Positions 9,089 to 19,698 of a DNA stretch of 64,000 nt are shown here, piece by piece (position 1 is the first letter of the stretch; every line of letters begins with the position of its first letter). The notes under the pieces are model-generated. The model was not told the origin of the DNA. It saw nothing but the letters and a program-made list of their open reading frames with translations, and did no database searches. The translations under genes were made by a program, and so were the position numbers. The stretch comes from Nitrospirales bacterium. Lineage in GTDB: Bacteria; Nitrospirota; Nitrospiria; Nitrospirales; UBA8639. Location of the stretch: the NCBI GenBank assembly GCA_963422365.1, contig OY729426.1, positions 416,001 to 480,000 on the forward strand, read 5' to 3'.

Positions 9089-10684
9089 TTACGGTAACAG
9101 CCCGGTGGTATTTTGCGTAACCATCGGAGCGACTTGGTTGATCCGGTCCAACATCGGCACGACCGTCGATCTCACGACGTGATAAAAATGCATGGGGAAG
9201 ATGCCAAAGAAGATGCTGCAGCCAATCATCATGAGAAGAGGAAGACGATCCACCCATTGCGACGTGTCACGGGCCTGCGCATATTCAGGCGACAGGTTCC
9301 CATAAAACAACCCGCGCATCATTTTAAAGAGATAGGCCAACGTCAACACGATCCCCAACACTGCCACCACCACCTGGAAGGGATATTTCTCCCACGAGCC
9401 GACAATAATCATGATTTCGGCAATAAAGTTCACCGTACCAGGCATACCGACCGATGCCATACAGGCGACAATAAACGCCCCGGCCAAGAACGGCATGTTC
9501 TTGACCAGTCCTCCCAGGGATGGAATATCGCGGGTATGGGTTTGGTCATACACCCAGCCTGCCATGGCGAAGAGCATGCCCGTGGCCAAGGCATGCGCAA
9601 ACATGTAAATCACCGCCCCGGTCAGGCTGATGTAATCCAAGGCGGCCATGCCCAAGAACACGTAGCCCATGTGACTGGAGCTGGAATAGCCGATGACGTA
9701 CTTCGTATCTTTGGCGAAATACGCGACAAACCCGCCATAGACAATGCTGAACACACACAACACCGCGGCGATGGGCATGAGCTCTCGTGTGGCTTCGGGA
9801 AGGATTTCATACGCCACGCGAATAATCGAGAAATGGCCAAGTTTCATCAGCACGCCGGCATGCAACATGCTAGTCGCGGCCGGGGCCGCGGCGTGGCCGA
9901 CGGGAGACCATGAATGCAGCGGCCAAATGGGCGCGATGGACGCAAAGCCGAAAAAGACCAAGACCCAAATAATCGTCGCCATCGTTCCATCAAAATGGGC
10001 CACTTCCCGCAGCACCAGAATATCGAACGTGTGGACGGGCGAGAAATGATAAATCAGCAGGATGCCCATCAACGCGAACACCGCCCCCGCCGAGAGGAAC
10101 AGCGTGAGCTTCATCGCGGCGTATTCTTTGCTGTTCGCCCCGAAGTTCAGAATGAACCCGACCGAATCCCTCAGCTTGCGTCCTTCGGAATCGGTCATGC
10201 CCAAATACCCTTTGGTATGACTCCCCCACACACCCAGCAACAAATACATGGGCAACACCGACATTTCATAAAAAAAGTAGAGGAAGAACAGATCCAGCGA
10301 CATGAAGACCCCGATAGTCGCCGCCGCCAGAATCAACAAGAAGATATAAAATTCTTTAGTGCGATCCTTGATGTGCCACGAAACAAAGATACCCGCAAAC
10401 AGCAGAATGGCCGACGCAAAGACCAAGGGAGCCCCGATGCCATCCACTCCAAGATGAAACGCAATGCCCAGTTCCTCGGACCACGCCCACTTGGTGATAA
10501 ATTGAAAACCGCCTTGGTTGGGATCATAGGCCAGGAAGACGTACAGAGAGGCAAGCAAGGCCATCCCGGCTGAGGCTGCAGCCACGGCACGCACCAGAAG
10601 CGGCTCACGATTGGGAATAAACAGCAACACGACCGCCCCCAGGAACGGCGCAAACAAGGTTGCTAGTAAAGCCCATTCCCCCAT
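9089..10684 (-). CDS. nuoM: NADH-quinone oxidoreductase subunit M (second copy)
   Basis: 'GVDGI', 'FFYEMSVLPMY' and 'PLHSWSPVGHAAAP'. Has a long loop insertion after 'GVWG'. Confidence 0.9.
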   Translation of the reverse strand: MGEWALLATLFAPFLGAVVLLFIPNREPLLVRAVAAASAGMALLASLYVFLAYDPNQGGFQFITKWAWSEELGIAFHLGVDGIGAPLVFASAILLFAGIFVSWHIKDRTKEFYIFLLILAAATIGVFMSLDLFFLYFFYEMSVLPMYLLLGVWGSHTKGYLGMTDSEGRKLRDSVGFILNFGANSKEYAAMKLTLFLSAGAVFALMGILLIYHFSPVHTFDILVLREVAHFDGTMATIIWVLVFFGFASIAPIWPLHSWSPVGHAAAPAATSMLHAGVLMKLGHFSIIRVAYEILPEATRELMPIAAVLCVFSIVYGGFVAYFAKDTKYVIGYSSSSHMGYVFLGMAALDYISLTGAVIYMFAHALATGMLFAMAGWVYDQTHTRDIPSLGGLVKNMPFLAGAFIVACMASVGMPGTVNFIAEIMIIVGSWEKYPFQVVVAVLGIVLTLAYLFKMMRGLFYGNLSPEYAQARDTSQWVDRLPLLMMIGCSIFFGIFPMHFYHVVRSTVVPMLDRINQVAPMVTQNTTGLLP

Positions 10685-10687
10685 CGC

Positions 10688-12259
10688 TTAGTCCTTCCCT
10701 CCGGGTTCATGGGTTAAGGCATGAGACAGCAGCGTCCGATCTCGTTCAACACTCACGAGCGACCCTCGATCCAACCGATCCACCACGGCCTGCACCGATC
10801 CATTGACCATTCGCAAAAACGGTGAAGGGTAGAGCCCGATCCAGAAAATCATCACACACAGAGACACGGCGATTATCGATTCGCGTTGCGTCAGATCCTT
10901 GAGCACTTGAGGAACTTTCTCGCCAATGGGTCCGAACATCGCCCGCTCGTAATACCACAAGAAATAGATTGCCGCGAAGATCACCCCCGAGACGGCCACG
11001 ACACCATACACCCAATGAGCTTGAAAGGCGCCAAGCAGGATCAAAAATTCTCCGATAAATCCATTGGTTCCGGGCAATCCTATCGAAGCCATCCCGATGA
11101 TCAAGAAGAACGTGGCCAGGACGGGCATTTTTGCAGCAAGCCCCCCACAATTCTCGACAAGCGTATGGCCGAGCCGGTCATAGAGAAACCCTGCGAAGAA
11201 AAAGAGCCCTGCGGTGGTAAAACCCAAATTGATCATTTGCAGCAAGCTGCCTTGCAGGCCCTGGAAATTCAAGGCAAACAAGCCCAACACGACAAACCCC
11301 AAATGGCTGATACTGCTGAAGACGAGCAGGCGTCTGAAGTCAGGTTGCATGATGGCGATCAGCGCGCCCCAGACGATGGCGGCCAAGCCCAAGCCCATGA
11401 CAGTCGCCACCACGGTTGCATGTGTCGAGGCTTCCGGCAACAACGGGAAGGTAAACCGAAGGAACCCATACGTTCCCAACTTGACACCCGCCAACACCAC
11501 GGACATCCCGATCGGTCCTTGCACAAGCGCATCCGGCAACCACGTGTGGAAAGGAAAAACCGGCGCCTTAAAGGCCAATCCCATAAAGATGAGCCAAAAG
11601 ATGAGAATCTGATCCTCGACCGGAACGGGAACTTGCAACAAGGCTAAGAAGTCGAAGCTGTAGGTATTCGTGACCTCGTAGTAATTCAAACTTAACAGCG
11701 CGAAGCCGACCAACATGAACACACTGCCCAACAAGGTGTACAAAACATACTTCAGTGCAGCATATTCTTTTTCCTCGCCGACGCCCCACAGTTTAATCAT
11801 GAAATAGCTGGGCACGAGCATGAGTTCCCAGAACACAAAGAAGAGAATCAGGTCGATGGAAACAAAAATCCCCATAATCGTCGTTTCCAACACCAAGATA
11901 CTCATACAGTACGGTTTGATGTTTTCCTGAACGGCATCCCAGGAATAGAGCATGATCAGGACCGTGATGAAAGCCGAGAGGCCGACAAACAAGACGCTGA
12001 TGCCATCGACGGCAAGGTGATAGGAAATACCGAGAGCCGGCATCCAATTCAGTTGTTCGCTGAATTGCATGGCCGCAGATTCCGGTATGAACCGGAGCAA
12101 CAAGAACACGGCAAGGCCTAACTCGAGTATCGCGATTCCCAAGGCAGACTTCTTGATCAGATCGGCATCCCGTTGCGTCCACAACCAGAGGGCCCCGAGA
12201 AGCGGAAGCCAGAGCAGTATCGACAAAATCGGGAATCCAAATTGCAGTTCTTCAAGCAT
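10688..12259 (-). CDS. nuoM: NADH-quinone oxidoreductase subunit M (first copy)
   Basis: 'AVDGIS', 'FFVFWELMLVP', 'KAPVFPFHTWLPDA' and 'GLPGTNGFIGEF'. Start set at ATG 12259. Confidence 0.93.
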   Translation of the reverse strand: MLEELQFGFPILSILLWLPLLGALWLWTQRDADLIKKSALGIAILELGLAVFLLLRFIPESAAMQFSEQLNWMPALGISYHLAVDGISVLFVGLSAFITVLIMLYSWDAVQENIKPYCMSILVLETTIMGIFVSIDLILFFVFWELMLVPSYFMIKLWGVGEEKEYAALKYVLYTLLGSVFMLVGFALLSLNYYEVTNTYSFDFLALLQVPVPVEDQILIFWLIFMGLAFKAPVFPFHTWLPDALVQGPIGMSVVLAGVKLGTYGFLRFTFPLLPEASTHATVVATVMGLGLAAIVWGALIAIMQPDFRRLLVFSSISHLGFVVLGLFALNFQGLQGSLLQMINLGFTTAGLFFFAGFLYDRLGHTLVENCGGLAAKMPVLATFFLIIGMASIGLPGTNGFIGEFLILLGAFQAHWVYGVVAVSGVIFAAIYFLWYYERAMFGPIGEKVPQVLKDLTQRESIIAVSLCVMIFWIGLYPSPFLRMVNGSVQAVVDRLDRGSLVSVERDRTLLSHALTHEPGGKD

Positions 12260-12275
12260 CGCCGATGACTCAACC

Positions 12276-14258
12276 CTACAAAAGAGATGTTCCGGTGAAC
12301 CACACGAAGAGAAAATGCGTGAGAAGAAAAAGACCGATAACAATCACGGCGGCATAATGATTGACTGCCCCGGTTTGCAATTTCCGCCATGACCGGGCCG
12401 CCAAATGATTGGCATACCCCATCACGTTGAGCCCCCCATAAATCACGTGTTTCTCGGCCCAGGTCACTCCTGCCGCGCTGATGTCCGTCCCATGACCGAT
12501 CCCCCTGATGAAGCGATCGATCATGTGTCGATCAATCCAATCCCATATTCGGCCAAGACGTTTACAGGGCTCGACAAAGATGGCATCGTACAGTTCATCT
12601 ACATAGTATTTATTCAAAATAATTCGATACGCTCCGGCATACCGTTTTGACCAATTCTCTGCCATCGTGGGGTTGATCGCGTACATATAGTGCGCCAGCC
12701 CCCACCCACCCAACGCGATACTGATGGCCACCACCATCAATCCGAATAAGGTCCCCATGCTGACGTCATGAGGCACCACGCCTACGGGCGTGGCCACGGA
12801 TTCCAAAAATCCCTGGAACCAGCCATGTTCCGGTGGCACGCCCAGAAACCCGCCCAGCACGGAGAGCCCCGCCAAGATCATTAACGGCCGGGTCATGACC
12901 TGTGGAGACTCATGAATATGACGTTCCACCTTCGGGTCAACCCGGGACTGCCCGTAAAACGTGAGATAAGTGAGACGGAACATATAAAAGGAAGTCAGAA
13001 ATGCCCCAATCGCCGCAAAGAGATACAGCACGTAATGGTGCTGGAGAAAGGCATGGGCCATGATTTCATCTTTACTCCAAAACCCTGCCAAAGGAGGAAT
13101 GCCGGCAATCGCCAAGGTGCCGATGAGAAACACGGTGTACGTGATAGGAATTTTTTTGGAGAGCCCTCCCATTTTTCGAATGTCCTGTTCCCCTTCAAGC
13201 GAATGGATCACCGCACCGGCGGAAAGGAAAAGGAGTGCTTTGAAAAAGGCGTGGGTCACAAGATGGAAAATAGCGGCACTATACGCCCCGACCCCACAGG
13301 CCAAAAACATGTAGCCCAGCTGACTGACGGTTGAATAGGCCAGCACCCGTTTAATGTCGTTTTGCACCAGTCCGATCGTTGCGGCCAATAGCGCGGTGAG
13401 GCCACCGATGATCCCCACCGTGGCCATGGACACGGGGGCCATATCGAATAACACGTGAGTGCGTACCACCATATACACCCCGGCCGTGACCATCGTCGCG
13501 GCATGGATCAACGCACTCACTGGCGTCGGGCCCTCCATGGCGTCTGGCAGCCACGTATACAACGGAATCTGGGCGGATTTCCCGATCGCGCCGACCAACA
13601 GACACAGCGTAATGGCAGTGACGGTTTCGATGGAGAGTTGGTTCGCACGTTCGAAGACTTTCAAGTAATCCAAGGTCTTGAAATTGACGAAGACGAAAAA
13701 GATCGCGAGCAGGAATCCGGCGTCGCCAATCCGGTTGACCACAAACGCCTTGGTGGCAGCCTTGGCCGCAGAGACCTTATTGAAGTAGTACCCGATCAAG
13801 AGATAGGAACAGAGGCCGACCCCTTCCCATCCGATGAAGAGCACCAAGAAATTGTTCCCCATGACGAGCAACAACATGGAGACCATGAACAAATTCATGT
13901 ACACGAAGAAGCGGGTAAATCCGTCTTCTCCATGCATATATCCGACGGAATAGACGTGAATCAGAAATCCAACCCCCGTCACGACCATCAACATCACGGC
14001 GGTCAGCGGATCAATCAGCAATCCGAAATTGACGTGCAGGTCGCCGCCGAAAATCCACGAATAGGCAATGACTTCACGGGGAGTGGGATCGGAAAGAACA
14101 CCTAGGAATACCGTGATGGCACAAAGAAAGGAGAGACCAACGGATCCGACCGCAATACGGCCGGCCAAGTCCGCGGCATACCGATGACCGAGCAGGCCAT
14201 TGACCAGCACCGCAATGAGAGGGAAAACCGGTACGAGAATCACGAGAAGATCGGACAC
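12276..14258 (-). CDS. nuoL: NADH-quinone oxidoreductase subunit L with extended amphipathic helix
   Basis: 'GWEGVGLCSYLLIG', 'NRIGD', 'WLPDAMEGPTPVSALIHAATMVTAG' and 'AYSTVSQLG'. Confidence 0.95.
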   Translation of the reverse strand: MSDLLVILVPVFPLIAVLVNGLLGHRYAADLAGRIAVGSVGLSFLCAITVFLGVLSDPTPREVIAYSWIFGGDLHVNFGLLIDPLTAVMLMVVTGVGFLIHVYSVGYMHGEDGFTRFFVYMNLFMVSMLLLVMGNNFLVLFIGWEGVGLCSYLLIGYYFNKVSAAKAATKAFVVNRIGDAGFLLAIFFVFVNFKTLDYLKVFERANQLSIETVTAITLCLLVGAIGKSAQIPLYTWLPDAMEGPTPVSALIHAATMVTAGVYMVVRTHVLFDMAPVSMATVGIIGGLTALLAATIGLVQNDIKRVLAYSTVSQLGYMFLACGVGAYSAAIFHLVTHAFFKALLFLSAGAVIHSLEGEQDIRKMGGLSKKIPITYTVFLIGTLAIAGIPPLAGFWSKDEIMAHAFLQHHYVLYLFAAIGAFLTSFYMFRLTYLTFYGQSRVDPKVERHIHESPQVMTRPLMILAGLSVLGGFLGVPPEHGWFQGFLESVATPVGVVPHDVSMGTLFGLMVVAISIALGGWGLAHYMYAINPTMAENWSKRYAGAYRIILNKYYVDELYDAIFVEPCKRLGRIWDWIDRHMIDRFIRGIGHGTDISAAGVTWAEKHVIYGGLNVMGYANHLAARSWRKLQTGAVNHYAAVIVIGLFLLTHFLFVWFTGTSLL

Positions 14259-14259
14259 G

Positions 14260-14562
14260 TTACCACTTCAACAGATTAATCTGGTCAACATTCGTTGCAA
14301 TTTTTCCACGGAACACCACGATAATAATCGCCAGGCCGACGGCGGCCTCACCGGCCGCAATGGCAATCACAAACAACGCGGCCAATTGGCCGGCCATCGA
14401 TGAGAGATAATGGGAGAATGCGACAAGATTGATGTTCGCCGCATTCAACATGATCTCGACCGACATCAAGACAATAATAAAATTCCGGCGAATCAGGACG
14501 CCCAGCAACCCCGTCATAAACAGGATGGAACTCAACGCCACATAGGCTGAAAGAGGAATCAT
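14260..14562 (-). CDS. nuoK: NADH-quinone oxidoreductase subunit K
   Basis: '[19 protein letters not shown]' and '[10 protein letters not shown]'. Confidence 0.95.
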   Translation of the reverse strand: MIPLSAYVALSSILFMTGLLGVLIRRNFIIVLMSVEIMLNAANINLVAFSHYLSSMAGQLAALFVIAIAAGEAAVGLAIIIVVFRGKIATNVDQINLLKW

Positions 14563-14572
14563 GATGATCCGC

Positions 14573-15103
14573 TTACGTTGGCTTATCGGCCCCGGGAGCC
14601 GGAGTAGACGGGGGTTTCGCCAAAACAATCGCCCCGATAATTGCGCCTAAGAGAAAGACCCCCACGATCTCGAATAACAACAGGTAGTCGCTAAACATGG
14701 TGATGCCCACGGCATGACTCGGTCCGGTCTGTAACACGACCGCCGGGGTCGCGGTCCCTTTGGCCCCGCCATAGGGGGTATGAAACACCAAAATGAGTAA
14801 TTCGCCAAGAATCGCGACGCCGGCGAACAGGAAAAAGGGATATTTCTTGTGCAGATACTGTTCTTCCGTTTTCAGGTTGAGCAGCATCAAGACAAAGAGA
14901 TAGAGCACAAGGATGGCCCCGGCATACACAATAATTTGCACGGCAAAGAGAAACTCGGCATTGAGTAGGATGAAGAGCCCTGCCACGTGCAGGAGGAAGG
15001 AGAGCAGGCTCAGGCCGCAATGGACAGGATTTTTCAAGGCAATCGTGAAAATCCCGGACAGGATACTCACGGTCGCAAAGTACCCAAACAATAAATAGAT
15101 CAT
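14573..15103 (-). CDS. nuoJ: NADH-quinone oxidoreductase subunit J
   Basis: 'NPVH', '[27 protein letters not shown]' and 'FEIVGVFLL'. Confidence 0.95.
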   Translation of the reverse strand: MIYLLFGYFATVSILSGIFTIALKNPVHCGLSLLSFLLHVAGLFILLNAEFLFAVQIIVYAGAILVLYLFVLMLLNLKTEEQYLHKKYPFFLFAGVAILGELLILVFHTPYGGAKGTATPAVVLQTGPSHAVGITMFSDYLLLFEIVGVFLLGAIIGAIVLAKPPSTPAPGADKPT

Positions 15104-15112
15104 CGTGAAAGA

Positions 15113-15688
15113 CTACGAGTCGGAGACCTTGGTTTTTCTTATAGGTTGCGGAAAATGATAGCGGTAGGCGCGACTCTCCTCATCATCTTGTTCCTGATTA
15201 TGGGCATAGAGATACTTTTTGGCGTCGGCTAGATGTTGCTCGCCTATTTCGTAAAGTCGCTTTTTGTCGAACAGGAGGGTTCGTTTATCATGAGTCGAAT
15301 ACTCATACATCTTCGTCATGGCCAACGCATTGACCGGACAGGCTTCGACGCAATACCCGCAAAACACGCATTTGGTAATATCAATATAAAACTCGGTCGC
15401 ATACCGTTGCAGCGGCAGAGCCTTATCTTCTTCACTGATGACTTTGATGCACCGAGACGGACAGGCCACCTCGCAGAGGTCGCACCCGACGCACCGTTCC
15501 TGTCCATTGTCGTACCGTAACAGGCCCAATGCTCCACGATGCGCATCAGGGATCGTTCGCTTTTCACGAGGATACTGGAAGGTCATCGGGTGATGAAACA
15601 TATGCTTGAACGTGACCTTCATCGCTTTCCAGATTTCTCGAAAGAAGACCGCGTCCAGGAATTTTTTCGTTTGAGTCGGCGTATCCAT
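15113..15688 (-). CDS. nuoI: NADH-quinone oxidoreductase subunit I
   Basis: Two [4Fe-4S] motifs, CVGCDLCEVACP and CVFCGYCVEACP, plus 'TFQYP'. Confidence 0.95.
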   Translation of the reverse strand: MDTPTQTKKFLDAVFFREIWKAMKVTFKHMFHHPMTFQYPREKRTIPDAHRGALGLLRYDNGQERCVGCDLCEVACPSRCIKVISEEDKALPLQRYATEFYIDITKCVFCGYCVEACPVNALAMTKMYEYSTHDKRTLLFDKKRLYEIGEQHLADAKKYLYAHNQEQDDEESRAYRYHFPQPIRKTKVSDS

Positions 15689-15703
15689 AGAAAAGAGACT
15701 TTC

Positions 15704-18396
15704 CTAAACTTTTTCGATCGTCACCCGCGTCAATTTGAAATAGGGCACGCGCGTCACGGGATCCACGGCAACCCGGACTAAATCTTTGACCGGAGGATCA
15801 GTGAAATGTTCAGGAAATGCACAGGTTCCCGGCAACACACTGCCATCAGCTTGCACCCCTAACTCCAGGCTTCCTTGATCCGAGGTCACGCGCACACGTC
15901 CGCCTTCAGCAACCCCCAAGCGTTCCCATTCTTCCAGGGACATCCGTAACGCTTTGGTATTCGGCGAAATCTCCATCAACCCGGAAGCTTTCGTAGACAG
16001 TTTCCCTGAATGATAGATGAGTTGAATCAATTTCAGCCCATAGGGACGACCAGACCCTTGAGCCTTGCCATTGACGGCATACCGGGCACCGACCGAATCC
16101 TGATAGCCGTTCCGAAGATACGCAGCAGGATCGGCAACGACAGGTTGAGGTTGGCCGAGATTATAGTAGCCGGGGAGCAGCTTTCGAATTTCTGCTTGAA
16201 TATCTTGCGTCGTTTCATAAGGAAGCGAATGCCCCATGCTGTTGGCAAGGCCCACCACGATATGCCAATCCAACGCACTCTCGCCCAACGGGTCCAACGC
16301 CGGCCTGACAAATTGAACCATCCCCTCCTGATTGGTGACGGTGCCGTCCTTTTCCGCAAACGTACACGCCGGGAACACCACGTGCGCACGTTGCGCCGTC
16401 TCCGTCAGAAAGGGATCCTGACAGATCAACAATTCCAATTGGCTCAATGCCTCCTCCACGCCGAATGATTTCGGCAGCGTGGCCAACGGATTTTCTCCTA
16501 CCACGTAGAGGGCTTTAATTGTTCCGGCACGACAGCCCTCTAAAATTTCGATAAGGGATTTGCCGGGTTGTGCACTCGGCAACATCGTGTCCCACGCCGC
16601 AGAAAATTTTTGGTGCGCCGCGGCATGATCATAGGCCACCGGTCCCGGAAGGAATTCCGGCGCGACCCCCATATCCACGGCTCCCTGTTCATTCCCCTCT
16701 TCGGCGAACGTGTTTATCCCACACCCGGGCTTATGCAATTTTCCCGTCACCCAAGCCAGATCGATCAGCGATAACAGATTGTCATAGCCATTGGGCTGGC
16801 GCACGATCCCTTCTCCACACACAATGACGGAGTGCGAGGCTTCCGCAAACACTTTGACGATCTCATGAATCGTCTCGATTGAGACCCCCGTTTCCTCAGC
16901 CACGGTGTCAAGAGAAACCGCATGAGCGGCAGCTTTCAGGGCCGCCAATGCTTCAGGATTTTGAACGGTGACATCAGGAACAATGAGATCTTGCTCCAAG
17001 ACCGATTTGACCAATCCCTTGATGAGCGTTCCCTCCGTACCCGGGTTGACCATCGTCGGATGCGACGCCAACTTGGCCAGATTGGTTTGCATGGAATCCA
17101 CCACAATGACCGACGCTTGATAGGTCCCCAGCGCGGCTTTCACTCGCAGACTGGCCACGGATTCGTTTCCGTCACGTTGGCCCCCACCACCAAGATGGCC
17201 TTGGCGTTTGTGAGATCCGCCGAGGTATTCATCATACGAGTGACCCCGAGGGCATGATGAACGGCCCGCACAAAATTCATATGACCATACCGTGCACTAC
17301 TGTCGACATGATTCGTCCCGAGCACGGCCCGCATGAATTTTTGGAAAACATAGAGTTCTTCATTCGTGCATCGTGCGGTCATGACACCCGCAATAGCATC
17401 AGACCCATATTGACCTTTGATTTGCGTCAGCCGGTCGGCGGCCGTATCTAACGCTTCAATCCACGGGGAAGGGACCAGTCCCGTCTCTTTTCGAATGAGC
17501 GGCTTCTTCAGTCGATCTTGACTATCAATGAATTGGAAACCGAACCGCCCCCGCACGCAGATCCCTGCATGACCGTTGATCGTATCCCCTCGATCGCCCC
17601 ATTTATTTTTCCAGGATAAGGGAGAGGTCACCCGCACGACTTCCGTATCCTTGGTTTCCACGTACAGTTGACAGCCATCACCACAGTAATTGCAGGTAGT
17701 CGTGGTTTTTCGGAGTTGCCAGGGTTTATACACGTATTTTGAAAATTTATTGGTAATCGCTCCCACGGGACAGACAGCGAGGCAATCACCGCAAAATTCA
17801 CAATCCAAGGCGTGATCACCCTTCGCCACCACTTGTGTAAACCCGCCCTTCTTCATGAACTGCAAGGCGTCAATGCGCTGAACGTCTTTGCAAATATTGA
17901 TGCATTCCCCGCACGCAATACAGCGATTCATATTGAAGTCGAGCACCAAACTGCGCGTATCTTCAGGAATATTTTTCTGTTTGGCGTTGGCCAGATCGGT
18001 GACCTGATGCTCGAATGCCATGTCTTGCAGTTCGCAATGCCCATCGGCGTCGCAGACCGGACAATCCAGCGGATGCACGGACAGATGTTTTTCAACGGCT
18101 TTCTTCCGAGCCGCAAACAGATCGTCCCCATCCGTACGAATCACCATCCCTTTGGTTGCTTTGGCGGTGCAAGAACGCACCGGCGACTTCTTGCCTTCTT
18201 GCAGCACCAAACACATGCCGCAAGAGCCAAAGGGATCAAAGGTATAGTGATAACACATAGCCGGGACAATTTTGCCCATACTGGAAATCACGTCATACAG
18301 CGAAACTCCTTCTTTCGCGGTGACGGTTTCACCGTCAATGCTCAGCTCAATCGTCGCGGCTTCAGTACCGGGTGTCGTGACTGGTTTGAGTGCCAT
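15704..18396 (-). CDS. nuoG: NuoG / formate-dehydrogenase-like Fe-S subunit, broken by a 1-nt frameshift near 17158
   Basis: ORFs 17140-18396 and 15704-17158 join if one G is added (AAT CCG [G]TG GCC AGT = N-P-V-A-S). Contains the 2Fe-2S, HxxxCxxCxxxxxC, two ferredoxin-type and CxxCxxxC motifs. Confidence 0.85.
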
Positions 18397-18636
18397 CTCT
18401 CTCTCCTACCCCTGTGCTTTAGGAACCCGTTATGTTTTCTCACTCCTGACCCACCTTTTAAGAAAGTCATGCCCGCCGTGGAACCGTGATCCTGTTGCGC
18501 TACGTGGCCTGAAAGCGCCATTGATTGCTACTCATAGCGGGTTTTTGGTTGGGTGGCCCAGTCGCGGATATCACAACCCTTTTGCTCTGCCAACTTTCTC
18601 AGTCTCAGGTACGTTGAAGCCTGAAATTCACTCAAT

Positions 18637-19656
18637 TCATTCTTGGCTTTGGCAAGAGCTCTTTGACGCAGACGCCTGAAATTCACTCAGTTCCTTCTGT
18701 GCTTTGGCCAGAGCTTTCTTCGCTTTTTCCCTTCGAATGTAGTAACGGCCCAGTAGCCTATTATTCTCGAACCCTCCCTGCTGACTCAGTTCTTCAATCC
18801 TCTTATTCAGCACAGGAATATCATGAGTGACATCCCCGATGATCGTTTCCCGTCGAGACTTCCAACTTTGAAGAATATTCTCACATGTCGGCATAATAAA
18901 TCCTTCATCCTGTGGACTATTGCCACCAGTTATCTCGATTCCCTTCCTTGCTTCCTCTCCTATTAACGATGGATCTTTTTCTTTCGCTTTATTTTTTGCA
19001 GATCCAGTCATTTTACGACTTTCGGCAACTAGTCTATTAATTAATGATCTTTTTTCTACTGCTCTTCTATTCGCCTGAATCACAGCTAAGGCTTCTAGAA
19101 GTGCCTCCTTTTTTACAGCATAATCACGGTCAACATGCCTTGGGTCAATACCCTCTTGTCTGGCATAATTCTCAACACGCTTCAGGTCCCTATCCAGATT
19201 TAATAACTCTTGATATCTTTCGTTAAGTACGCTACTTTCAAAGACCTTACTTCCTCCAGGAGTATCAACAGTTACCGTTCTATACAGTGGTACCTCACCA
19301 CTAAATATATCTCCATACGCCCTCTTTAAAGCATTAAAATAATCATCTTTAGTGCGAGTAGGAGGCTTAAATTCACCATGTGTACCATCATAATAACCGC
19401 CACTACTGTATCTAGGATCTTCTACCCACTTAACAGGCAAACTTTTAATCTTATCCTGCTGATTATTATAAGCATTCAACTTCCCAAAATAATTCCTCAT
19501 GTTTTTATTCCCACCACCGAAATTATCTCCAATCGCACCAAAGATTGCCTCTACCATTCCTGGTTTTTGTCGCATCATGTTGACGGGATTCGGGTCCCGC
19601 GTATGAACACAGGCGGACAACCCCAGACCTAGCACCAGCACAAAAATGCCTCGCAC
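18637..19656 (-). CDS. Hypothetical lipoprotein (AT-rich, coiled-coil C-terminus) inserted between nuoD and nuoG
   Basis: Signal peptide with lipobox LSA-C. Two tandem SD+GTG starts (19680 and 19656). Visibly more AT-rich than the flanking nuo genes. Confidence 0.7.
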   Translation of the reverse strand: MRGIFVLVLGLGLSACVHTRDPNPVNMMRQKPGMVEAIFGAIGDNFGGGNKNMRNYFGKLNAYNNQQDKIKSLPVKWVEDPRYSSGGYYDGTHGEFKPPTRTKDDYFNALKRAYGDIFSGEVPLYRTVTVDTPGGSKVFESSVLNERYQELLNLDRDLKRVENYARQEGIDPRHVDRDYAVKKEALLEALAVIQANRRAVEKRSLINRLVAESRKMTGSAKNKAKEKDPSLIGEEARKGIEITGGNSPQDEGFIMPTCENILQSWKSRRETIIGDVTHDIPVLNKRIEELSQQGGFENNRLLGRYYIRREKAKKALAKAQKELSEFQASASKSSCQSQE

Positions 19657-19693
19657 AAAACAATCTCCTTTGGTTCGCACAAAATCTCCTTTG
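19651..19693. repeat. Imperfect tandem duplication of RBS + GTG start (caaaggagat..tttgtgcga twice on the minus strand)
   Basis: tcgcacaaaacaatctcctttg at 19651-19672 and tcgcacaaaatctcctttg at 19675-19693. Confidence 0.8.
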
Positions 19694-19698
19694 TGTCG

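Noticed and set aside
9113..14105. Long plus-strand ORFs (e.g. 9113-9913, 9914-10573, 10886-11647, 13455-14105)
   Set aside because: They are antisense shadows of the nuo membrane genes.
15704..18396. Formate dehydrogenase alpha subunit, or a programmed frameshift
   Set aside because: The Mo-ligand Cys/Sec position reads 'ARYGH' and the gene sits in the nuoG position. There is no slippery heptamer at the junction.
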